64,000 nt of DNA, from positions 372,001-436,000 of the forward strand of contig JBLDXI010000073.1 of assembly GCA_047495785.1 (NCBI GenBank), in the 5' to 3' direction. Under the pieces are notes generated by a model. It worked only from the letters and a program-made list of their open reading frames with translations, did no database searches and was not told where the DNA came from. Made by a program: the position numbers and the translations under genes. The DNA comes from Lepidodermella squamata (taxonomy: Eukaryota; Animalia; Gastrotricha). Positions 1-10,288 of this stretch are shown piece after piece (the stretch's first letter is position 1; the number at the start of each line of letters is the position of its first letter).

Positions 1-124
1 TTTTCTTGCATTTACATAACCATCAACCCTTTCTGGTCTAGACCGACGTGTGATTAGAATAAATATCCTGCGCATTCCTCGATGATTCTTTGCCCAAGAA
101 AGATCTCAAGAGAAGCCCAAAGAA

Positions 125-2047
125 ATGTCCTCACGGCTACTTCTCGTACTATTGCTTCCGCTAATTGGATTCACCTATGGTAATTTTACAGTGATTTTAC
201 GTGAATGAAAGATTGAAGATCTAATAATTTATTCAGGTAGCCAATTTCTACAAGTATGCAGGGATGACGATAGGGACAAATTCGAACCACTACTTGAAGT
301 CGAAGGCAATGCTAAATCAGTTGACAACGATGGCAAAACGTGCCTGATGATCGCTGCTGAACATGGCCACTGCAAACTCGTCAGGAAAATCATGAAAATG
401 CGAGACGCAAATGAAAACGCTCAAAGCAACAACGGCTACACAGCGTTGATGTATGCAATCGCGGCCGAAAAGCCAGATTGCGCTGAAGAAATGCTGAAAG
501 AAATGAGAGGCATTTTGGATGTTAACATAAAATCGAAGGACAAAACTACGGCTCTTCACCTGGCTGTTAGAAAGAATTACATCGAAATTGTTGGAAAATT
601 AGTGGATAAAGGAGCGAAACTTGACGAAATCGATGACAGAGGGATGACTCCTTTAATGGTCGCAGTTGAGTCTGGTTCGACAAAATCTGTGAACTTCCTA
701 ATCGAGAAAAAATCGAATGTGAATGCCGCGACTTTGAAGGAATTCAACCGAACTGCCCTTCATTTCGCAGCAGCAAAAGGCGATCTGGTCCTTATTCGGA
801 AATTAATCTCATCAGGAGCTCAGTTAGACACAGGCGCTAATGAAACCCCTCTTATTCGAGCGATTGAGGAGAATCATTCCGATGCTGCGTTGTTCCTCCT
901 TAATCAAAAGGCGAATCCTGATGCGAAGAGTAACAAACCCCTATTCTACGCACTTCATTGGGCAGTTTCGAAGAATAATTCGAAAATCGTCGAGGCTTTA
1001 CTAAGGTTCAAAGCTAAGGAAGATGTTAGGGATGAAGCGAATCGAACTCCGCAGATGTTGGCCGCTGAACTCAAATCTTGCGATTCTGTTCGGAGATTCG
1101 CATCGCTACGGCCGAATTCTCTAAATTTGAAGGGAAATCTGAAAAACAACGAAACTGCCTTGATAATCGCAGCTGGGAATGGTAGAATCGACTGTGTCAA
1201 AGCTCTTCGAAGGTCTGATTTGAATATGGCTAGAGATTCAGACAACAATACGGCTCTGCACCTTGCTGCTTCGCGCAATCATTCCGAAGTTGTGAAGTTT
1301 CTTCTCAAGCTCAACGCCGATCCAACGATGTTGAATAAGGCAAAACAAACACCGCTTTTCGAGGCCTTGAACACTTGCAGTAAGGAAACTGCGAATCTTT
1401 TGTTGATGGAGAATAACAGCTCTAGTAACAGTTCAGATCCTCAACTGAAGGCGAACTCTCCAGCTTCAGGTCTTGCTCTTCTCCACCTGGCTGCTAGATG
1501 TAATTTCGGCAAAATAACCTTAAAATTGATCGGAAACGGAGCTGCTATGGATCTGAAGTCTGCGAATGAAGATATGTCGCCTCTAGTCTATGCTACTTCT
1601 CACAAATCATGGAAAGCTGCTAGATTGTTGATCGAATCCGGCGCTGATGTGAATTCTCTTACTTCAAAATTCAACAAAAAATCTGCGCTGAATTTCGCGG
1701 CTGCGGAGAATAATTTCGAGGTCGTGAAGGCTTTGTTAGATGCGGGGGCTGAAATCGAATCTGGAGGAATCGAGACTCCCTTACTCTCTGCTTGTCGAGG
1801 CAATGCGACAGGTTCGGCGTTGTTGTTGCTGGAATCTGGAGCTCAGGCGAATGCGAAGCTAAGCGATGCTACGGCTGAAACGTGTTTGCATATGGCTGCG
1901 AAGGCAAACGACATAGAGCTGGTTGATAGATTGGTTAGACTTGGAGCAGATTTGAATGTGCGGAATGCTGGGAAGAAAACTGCGCTGAGTCTTACGGCTA
2001 ACAAAGAAATTCGGGATTTACTAACTGCTGCGGGAGCATCAGAATAA
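125..2047 (+). CDS. Ankyrin-repeat protein with N-terminal signal peptide, 2 exons (125-179, 237-2047)
   Basis: ATG at 125 encodes MSSRLLLVLLLPLIGFTY. A GT..TTCAG intron at 180-236 (57 nt, phase 1) joins it in frame to the 347-2047 ORF, which carries many TALH/TPL..A ankyrin repeats. AATAAA overlaps the stop. Confidence 0.88.
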
Positions 2048-2777
2048 ATGTTGCCCTCTCTAAATGTCTGAGCCTCTGAGCCTTGATTTAACAACGGCGA
2101 TACGAAATTATTCCTAATTCGAGAAATTCTATAGCATTGTAACTTGTAACCAAAAAGCCTTAGATTCAACGATTCCTTGCTGAATTTTGATAGGATTTAT
2201 TCCGGCTTTGTTATTTTTTAGCAAGCAATACTGCAGCTTACTGCAGAATATTCAATCCAATTCAGTCTTAGAAGTCTTAAGTTTGAACAATCGCATTAAA
2301 TTCTATGCAATTCGACCGGGTTGAACCTGCTTGTCTGAGTTTTGGCCCTGTCTGTTCTTCCTGCTCAACGCCTCACGACATCATCGATAGCAAATCGATA
2401 AGTCTCCCGGAAAATGTGCGGCGGAAGTCGAATAAGTTGACTCTAGCTATCAAGAAGGTAAATCTAGCAACGCAGAGCCATGGATATGCCCTACTAGTGA
2501 TCTTACATGTCCTCGGGAAATTGGAAAACTTACGACCGCCAGCTGGTTTGAAACGCGCCTACACTATACACTACATAGTACAAGCGAAAGATTACGGGAT
2601 ACTTGCGTTGGTTGAAGAATATTCTCCGTTCTCCAGAACAGTAAATACACACCCTAAAAGCTCTAAAAATTACATCCGGTTATGTCTTCAAAAATAAACA
2701 GTCATCCCCGTACCTCGTGGGCGGTGGATCTTGCTTTCGAATTATATAAGATCACGAAAATCCAAATTATATTTAAA

Positions 2778-5104
2778 ATGAGCCCGATGTTCCTCTTAAT
2801 TCTCCTTCTGCCACTCACAGGCTTATGTGATAAGCCAACCCTGCGAATTCTAAACCTTATGCCCTTCACTGGTCTTCAGCCTAATGAGTACAAAACATGC
2901 CGAGCTGTAACTGAATTGGTTTATCAGCTTGCTAACGAGCGTAAGGACTTGTTACCAAACTACAAGCTAGAACCTCAATTCTCGGACGATGGCGCTGGGG
3001 CTTTAGCAGCCCGGCGCCTACTCGAATTTGATGACCAGTTTTTAAACGGCCGCATTCCTGGTCAAGATATCTACAAGGCGCCTGTGATCTCCGGGTCATA
3101 TGTTTTTTGTGAGTATATTGCTGCCTTTGCTCACATCCTCGACTACGTCCAAATTGCTTCTTGCACAAGTGAAATGCTCTACAACCGAGCTAAATTCCCG
3201 AATATCTACTTGATAAGGCCAATAGGGTCGCAAGCTTTCATTGCTAGACTGAGATTCATGGTTGATGTTGGAAAATGGAAGTATTACGCAATCTTCGCGA
3301 ATTCCAACTCTGAATTCATTAACGCGAAATTTCTCCATAGTTCCGGGACAAAGCTAGGCCACGAAATGGTTTTCGACGTGATGACAGATTTCGACGAACA
3401 AACGGCGGCAGCCTTGAAAAAAGCTGATATTCGCGTGATTGTGCTCGTTTATACAACGACTAGCATGGTTTCGAAGTTACTATGTCAATTTTACGAGTAT
3501 GGCATAACCGGTTATCGATACGTCTTCATTCTGCCAGGAAGCACTTTCGCAGAGCCGAATACGCTGCCAAAAATTATCAGCCCTGGATGTACGAGGGAAA
3601 TGATAGCTATACAGTTCCAGTCTTCAGTCTGGGTCTCATCTCAGGTCATTACAGATGAGGTAAATGTTAAATCCACTCTGGGATACAGCTTGATAGAAAC
3701 TGATCTGTTACTCGATAATTATACAAACAAAATGAGACATCCTGATTACGGAACTCGTCATTTATGCCATGATATAGCCCTTCAAACTATCCTCTTGCTT
3801 AACGAAACCGAGGCGGGATTGAGGCTAGAAGGATTGTCCTTACTCAATGTTACCCAGCTGCCACGTTACATTGCAAAAATAACGAACGAAACCTCTCCTA
3901 AGATTACTTACATGGGTCTTAGAAAAAGTGGATTGAGTATCTACAACGAAAGAGCGGAGATAACGGGGAACAAGTGGCCAGTGTTTCGATGGAACCCGAG
4001 AGATGGCCAAAGAAATGTGGCTATGATTGTTCAAAAATCCTCAGGAAGTAGCGACGAATTCTCAACATATCTAACCCAACAAATAGCCGGGATAAAGTGG
4101 CCAACATCTGATGGCGAGCCACCAAACGAACGACCGTTTGTAAAGTTCGAATCGAAAAAAGTCCCACTCGCGTTGAGGATCATTATTTACATAGTATCAG
4201 TATTGTCCATCGTTTTTAAGTTAATGGTGATTGGAGATGTTTTAAAAACCCGAAATGATGATCAAATGCCGGCATCCTCAGCGTTCATATTCGCAGCTTT
4301 TTTACTGGCGGACATGGCTTCCATTCTATTTTTGGTCGAAATTCGGTTGGCTAATGCATTTTTTCTTCATTTGGCGAGGTTTTTCCTTCTCGCTACTGGG
4401 CTCAGTGCTTCGAATGGAACATGGTTGCTAGGGTCTTTTTCCTGTTCAGGGAAGTCAGCAAGTGGATGTGTGAAAGATCCACAGACTTGCGCGAGAATTT
4501 TTTTTTCAAAAGCCAAAATCGGAATTCTCGCTTCAAACTAAAACTGGCAAAATATTCGGCCGAGGTTTCCTTGAAATCGAGCAAACGTGACATTTCTATT
4601 ATCAATTATTTCCGTCAAATTTTCCGAAAATTCGACCGGTTGACTTTACTAACTGGTACAGTCGTCTCCGGTGCCATTCTGATCTTTATGATAATATGGT
4701 TTTCAGTCGACAATATTTCATGTGAACAAGTTCCGCTGCAAAGAGACTTGATCTACCTTGAAACCGAGGATGTTTTGCTGCAGGAATATGCTTTGAAATG
4801 CTCCTCGCATCATCAAAGCATTTGGATGGCCGTTATTCTTGCAGCTAATCTCCTAGCTCTGGTTTTCGGCTGCTACTTTGCCAGGTTTCTCTGTCGAACT
4901 GCTAGTTTCATAAAACAGTATCCCGATAGCAAGTTCGTACTAAGGGCGATGCTTAATGCTATCGCAATATCTATCGCAACTTGTCTTATACTTATCGCTG
5001 TTCCGGAGTCTCCGGTAACGGAGCGAAATGTTGTATCCGTGGCAACTGTCGTTGTATCGATCTCGTCGACTACAATTTTATACTTTCCTCACTGGAAAAC
5101 TTAA
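2778..5104 (+). pseudogene. GABA-B-like class C GPCR copy 1 (Venus flytrap + 7TM), single 1-nt frameshift at ~4420
   Basis: ORFs 2682-4541 and 4421-5104 together match paralogs 2-4. Copy 1 reads GGA-AC-ATG-GTT where copy 3 reads GGA-GCG-ATG-GTT. Either a young pseudogene or an assembly indel. Confidence 0.85.
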
Positions 5105-5149
5105 CCGCCGGCCTGAAGTAATAGCAAGTTGCACGCCATCGCTAATCAT

Positions 5150-5176
5150 TGTGTGTGTGTGTGTGTGTGTGTGTGT
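5150..5176. repeat. (GT)n microsatellite
   Basis: About 13 TG units, directly visible. Confidence 0.95.
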
Positions 5177-5393
5177 AAGGTTGTGAAAGGTCTAAGGTTC
5201 AAATAAGTTGTGGATTAGGATTGAGACTTGCGTTACGCTTTAACATCCTCTATTTCAAGATTCGGATAAAAATTAAGAAGTGACTATATTTCTCTGATTC
5301 ATTTGACCGGTAGCAAGTAAATATCTACGTTGTATACTTACATTCAACAAATTTGCATCATATTAAGGTTATTCAGTTTTAATACCCGTCTGA

Positions 5394-7016
5394 TCAGCCA
5401 AACTTTACTCTCATGCGAGGGTGCACAGTTTGATCAGTCCGTTTTCCGGCTGAAAGGAGAATGTCAATGGTTTTCAGCTTGTTTTCCTCCGACACGTCAT
5501 CATCGTCGCATTTCTGAGCGAGGAGTAGAGCTGTCCAGCCTGTTGACGGCGCCTTGTAAGTGGCGTCAGCGCCCGCCACCCGTATTAAAACATCTACAAC
5601 GTTGTGGTGGCCTTTCACTGATGCACACATGAGCGGTGTCATCCATTTTTCAGATGGTGGATCTTGACCGAGTATCTCTGACAACCGAGATGAGACCACA
5701 TTGTTGACGCACAGAGCATTTACATCGGCATTGAATTCCACGGCCAGAATTCTCACGATTTCGGCCTGTCCATTCAGAGCAGCGTAATGCAAGGGAGTCC
5801 AGCCATTTTTATTGGAGGCATTAACGTCAGCTTTGAATTCTCCGGCAAGATTTCTCACGATATCCGCGTGTCCTTTCCAAACAGCGTCATGCAAGGGAGT
5901 TCTGCCTAATACATTAGGGCCATTAACGTCAGCTTTGAATTCTCCGGCAAGAATTATCACAATTTCCGCGTGTCCTTTCCAAGCAGCGTAATTCAAGGGA
6001 GTCTCGCCATTTTTATCAGAGGCATTAACGTCAGCTTTGAAATTTCCGGCAAGAATTCTCACGATTTCCGCGTGTCCATTACGAGCAGCGTAATGCAAGG
6101 GAGTCACGTCAGTTTCTTTACGGGCATTAACGTCAGCTTTGAATTCTCCTGCAAGAATTCTCACGATATCCGCGTGTCCATTCTGAACAGCGATGTGCAA
6201 GGGAGTTAAGCCTAATTGTTTCGAGGCATTAACGTCAGCTTTGAATTCTCCTGCAAGAATTCTCACGATATCCGCGTGTCCATTCTGAACAGCGATGTGC
6301 AAGGGAGTCTCGCGTTCATCATTAATGTCTTCAACATTGTCTTTCTTGGCAATAATTCTCAAGATCCCCGCGTGTCCTTCCCTGGCTGCGATGTGCAACG
6401 GTGTCATGCTATCTCTCGATTTTGCGATTGCATTAGCTTTGAATTCTTCCGCAAGTAAAATAACCATGTCCTTATGGCCTCTGAGCACGGCCAAATGCAA
6501 CGGTTTATAGCCCGAATTCATTGACTTCTCCACATCAATGAATTCAGTTGCTAGAATTCTTGCAACTTCCACATGACCTTCCATAGCAGCGACATGTAAC
6601 AAAGTCATGCCTTGCTCATTCGTTATTTGAGTGTTCGCTCCCATTTCTTTCGCTAATAATTTAACAGTAGTAGAGTGGCCGTTCTCTGCTGCAGCCCATA
6701 TCGGTGTCTTACCATCTGCAGCTGCAATGTCAACACTTCTCCGTGTCAATTTTCCAAGCATTCGTGCAATCTTTGCTCGACCATTAACAGATGCGACGTA
6801 GATCGGCGTTCTTCCCAGTAGGTCCTTAGATAGTGGATCAGCCTTGAACCTTGTCACCAGAAGATCTACTATATCATCACCGCCCTCTTGTGCGGCCAGA
6901 AACAACGGGGTAACACCTTCATCATTCTTGCAGTTCACATCCAAATTCAAAGTTGAGTTTGATAACAACAATTCAATTTCTGTTGTGTTGTGTTGCCTGA
7001 TGAGTCGAAAGAGAAA
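5394..7016 (-). CDS. Ankyrin-repeat protein 2 (long single exon; 5' exon/start uncertain)
   Basis: 543-aa ORF with G.TPLH.A...GH repeats. A polypyrimidine tract plus CAG near 7017 suggests an upstream exon. Confidence 0.88.
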   Translation of the reverse strand, partial: FLFRLIRQHNTTEIELLLSNSTLNLDVNCKNDEGVTPLFLAAQEGGDDIVDLLVTRFKADPLSKDLLGRTPIYVASVNGRAKIARMLGKLTRRSVDIAAADGKTPIWAAAENGHSTTVKLLAKEMGANTQITNEQGMTLLHVAAMEGHVEVARILATEFIDVEKSMNSGYKPLHLAVLRGHKDMVILLAEEFKANAIAKSRDSMTPLHIAAREGHAGILRIIAKKDNVEDINDERETPLHIAVQNGHADIVRILAGEFKADVNASKQLGLTPLHIAVQNGHADIVRILAGEFKADVNARKETDVTPLHYAARNGHAEIVRILAGNFKADVNASDKNGETPLNYAAWKGHAEIVIILAGEFKADVNGPNVLGRTPLHDAVWKGHADIVRNLAGEFKADVNASNKNGWTPLHYAALNGQAEIVRILAVEFNADVNALCVNNVVSSRLSEILGQDPPSEKWMTPLMCASVKGHHNVVDVLIRVAGADATYKAPSTGWTALLLAQKCDDDDVSEENKLKTIDILLSAGKRTDQTVHPRMRVKFG

Positions 7017-7045
7017 CTGAAACAACGAAGAAGAAGTATATTTGT

Positions 7046-7187
7046 ATGATATAGTACGAGTGTTTCATTTATATCTGAGATTCGTAGCACGAGATGCGGG
7101 CATGCAGACGAGCCGGAGCCGAGTCGGCATGACCAAATCGAGTGCGGAGAATCCAGATATGAATGAAACACTCGTGTGCTATATCAT
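7046..7187. repeat. Palindromic (hairpin) repeat element
   Basis: ATGATATAGTACGAGTGTTTCATTTATATCTG (7046-7077) is inverted at 7154-7187. Confidence 0.75.
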
Positions 7188-7250
7188 AAAACTTTGCATG
7201 AGCATGGGTAGTAACACTATATTTTTTGAGCGAATGCTATATTTGAATGC

Positions 7251-7447
7251 TATGATATAACATGAGTAGGAATCTATATTTGAGTGAAGCGCGAAATTTA
7301 GATCAAGTAAAACGAATGAAACAAGTGAAATCGAGGCGGAACAAGCCGGCAGGCGAGTGGAGACGAGATTTCATGAGGTGAATGAGTTTTACGAGATCTA
7401 TACGAGTGCTTCACGAAAATAGAGGTTTCTACGAATGTTGTATCGTA
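7251..7447. repeat. Second related palindromic element
   Basis: TATGATATAACATGAGTAGGAATCTATATTTGAGTGAAGC matches the inverted GCTTCACGAAAATAGAGGTTTCTACGAATGTTGTATCGTA. Confidence 0.65.
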
Positions 7448-7463
7448 AAATATTACACGGTAT

Positions 7464-8520
7464 AATTTTCGCAACGCAAAATAATAAATAATAAAAAATC
7501 CAACTTAAAATTTCATCGAAAAATGGCTTTCTATTCATTCTCGCTCATTTTTCTCATTCGTTTGAATTTCGTCTCGTTTTGAACGTCGATTTTCTGTCCG
7601 ACTGAAATTCTGCCTTGATAATCGCAGCTGGGAATGGTAGAATCGACTGTGTCAAAGCTCTTCGAAGGTCTGATTTGAATATGGCTAGAGATTCAGACAA
7701 CAATACGGCTCTGCACCTTGCTGCTTCGCGCAATCATTCCGAAGTTGTGAAGTTTCTTCTCAAGCTCAACGCCGATCCAACGATGTTGAATAAGGCAAAA
7801 CAAACACACCGCTGTCAAACACCGCTTTTCGAGGCCTTGAACACTTGCAGTAAGGAAACTGCGAATCTTTTGTTGATGGAGAATAACAGCTCTAGTAACA
7901 GTTCAGATCCTCAACTGAAGGCGAACTCTCCAGCTTCAGGTCTTGCCCTTCTCCACCTGGCTGCTAGATGTAATTTCGGCAAAATAACTTTAAAATTGAT
8001 CGGAAACGCAGCTGCTATGGATCTGAAGTCTGCGAATGAAGATATGTCGCCTCTAGTCTATGCTACTTCTCACAAATCATGGAAAGCTGCTAGATTGTTG
8101 ATCGAATCCGGCGCTGATGTGAATTCTCTTACTTCAAAATTCAACAAAAAATCTGCGCTGAATTTCGCGGCTGCGGAGAATAATTTCGAGGTCGTGAAGG
8201 CTTTGTTAGATGCGGGGGCTGAAATCGAATCTGGAGGAATCGAGACTCCCTTACTCTCTGCTTGTCGAGGCAATGCGACAGGTTCGGCGTTGTTGTTGCT
8301 GAAATCTGGAGCTCAGGCGAATGCGAAGCTAGGCGATGCTACGGCTGAAACGTGTTTGCATATGGCTGCGAATTTTCGCAACGCAAAATAATAAATAATA
8401 AAAAATCCAACTTAAAATTTCATCGAAAAATGGCTTTCTATTCATTCTCGCTCATTTTTCTCATTCGTTTGAATTTCGTCTCGTTTTGAACGTCGATTTT
8501 CTGTCCGACCGAAATTCTGC
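7464..8520 (+). repeat. 150-bp direct repeats (7464-7613 and 8371-8520) flanking the ankyrin gene fragment
   Basis: The two copies differ by one base (ccgacTgaaa vs ccgacCgaaa). Confidence 0.95.
7610..8372 (+). pseudogene. Near-identical partial copy of ankyrin gene 1 (source ~1155-1902)
   Basis: Translation is almost identical to the middle/C-terminal part of ORF 347-2047. It has a few substitutions and a 15-nt internal duplication (KQTHRCQTP), and no start or signal exon. Confidence 0.93.
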
Positions 8521-8960
8521 TGGAATTTCACGAACCTGCTCCCAGAATTCAGATCCGATTAGCAAAGCTGCCGCATTTAAAGCGGGAAGGTTCGATAGCC
8601 CATCAACCCTGTTCGCGAAAACCATGTGCCTTTACTGAATCTTTTCGAGGATCTTCTGCGCTACTCAAACCACGAGACGCTGCCGAATTCACGCAAAGTG
8701 GGGACGACATGCTGCCCGATTTCCTAGATTTTTCGAAGAAATTCTGATTCCTACGGCCGATTTTTGCTGCCAGAAAGAAAGCCTGCCAAACTGCCTCCGT
8801 CAAAATTATTCTCAAAATTGAATTTCCCCATTTTCCTTAATAATAAATTGCGTTGCGAAAACTATATCCCATAGTGTTTTTCCGTTACAATTAGCTGTTT
8901 CAGGACCTCGGGAACCTTCAAGTAGGGTTGAAAATGGTATTCTGTATTCAAAATATAGAT

Positions 8961-9779
8961 CAGTGCTTCTCAACCTTTTTCAATAGTGGGCCATTTTCTA
9001 ACTCATTTTTCATCCCGGCGGGCCGCTACCGCTGTATTGTAAGAACACAGCGGGCCACATGTTTATAATGTGAGCGAAATTCAACAGATATTGTTGCTGT
9101 TTAATCGCCAATTTTATTGGCATGAAATTTGAAACACAACAAATTTAACAAAAATTGGGCATTCATGAGTAGGTATTGAGTATTGAGGTATTGAGTAGGT
9201 ATTAGGAATTATCAAATAAGTATCAAGTTTTATGAGCAGTTATATGAAATAGCAATGTCATTTCCGCTCATCGCAAAAAGAAACTAGAAAATCATAACTG
9301 GAATTTATTTACGCAAAATGTCTCGAGGGCATTTGAAAAAAATTGATTAGCGTAAATGAACGAATAAGGAATAAGGGAAAAAGTGGCTTTATTAATGGTA
9401 TAAACTGCGTTAAGCTCAGTAGGGTAGCCAAGATTTTTGTTTGGGCGTAAAATTGTTCACCCTTGCCCTCGAAACATTTTGCGGCATAAAAACTAAAAAC
9501 TACTTGAAAATAAATTCGCGAGCGAAGCGAGCTTCAGCTGACGCTTTTTGGGGCATTTTCAACCCAAAAATGGGCTAAAAATGCATTAAAGTATGGATGA
9601 TTCATAGGAACCCTGTAGTTGGACTTCCGGGCATCGCTTGCACCTTAAAGCTATTACAAATGATTGATAACAATGTTTGCGGGCCGCAACCAATACAAGT
9701 TACCTAGTTGAGTGCCGGGCCGCACAAAATCGGGCTGCGGGCCGCATGCGGCGCGAAAAATGAAGGTTGAGAAGCACTG
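8961..9779. mobile_element. Non-autonomous hAT (Charlie-like) element
   Basis: TIR CAGTGCTTCTCAACCTT at both ends; perfect 8-bp TSD ATATAGAT. Confidence 0.92.
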
Positions 9780-10288
9780 ATATAGATTTTCCATGTCAAA
9801 AATATAGAAACACCTGAATCTATATTTCAGATATGGAACAGAAATATAGTTCATATTATTCAAATCTATATTTGAAAAATGAAAAAATATTCCCAAAAAA
9901 TCGGATGGGATAAAAGTTATACAGTGATAGTCAAAAGATCCGCACGGTGGAATTGAGGCGATGCTAGTTGAAATTTTTCGCACGTGCGAAATGAGGCTGT
10001 TTATTCCAAGCAAAACGGACCAAAATGACGCCTTTTTCACGATCTCCAAAAATAGCTCCAAGGAAAGGGTGTGACTTTTTTCATCCGACCAATGTCTTTT
10101 TTTATCCGACCAATGTCTTATTTCATCCGACAACCAAAAATGTGACTAAAAACATCCGACAAGGGTGACTTTTTTCATCCGACAAAATAAAGCTGTCGGG
10201 CGTGTGGATGGCGCAGCTTCGGCTCAGCTGTAGCGCAGCAAAGGTTTTAAAAGCGGAATGTTTTTCCATTCATTTCATCAATCTGAGA

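Noticed and set aside
125-179. Ankyrin leader (LLLPLIG) derived from the GPCR signal peptides (LLLPLTG, LLLPLAG)
   Set aside because: The amino-acid resemblance is not backed by clear nucleotide similarity, and Leu-rich signal peptides converge easily.
2305-2777. 130-aa ORF and N-terminal extension upstream of GPCR copy 1
   Set aside because: Not conserved in frame upstream of copy 2; paralog signal peptides place the start at 2778.
5394-7016. Horizontal transfer or contamination origin of the intronless ankyrin gene
   Set aside because: No diagnostic bacterial context, a probable splice acceptor at the 5' end, and other host genes here are also intronless; a database search would be needed.
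10067-10190. CRISPR-like array of short repeats
   Set aside because: Units are 7-8 bp with non-unique short spacers and form the TIR of a MULE; the context is eukaryotic, with no cas genes.
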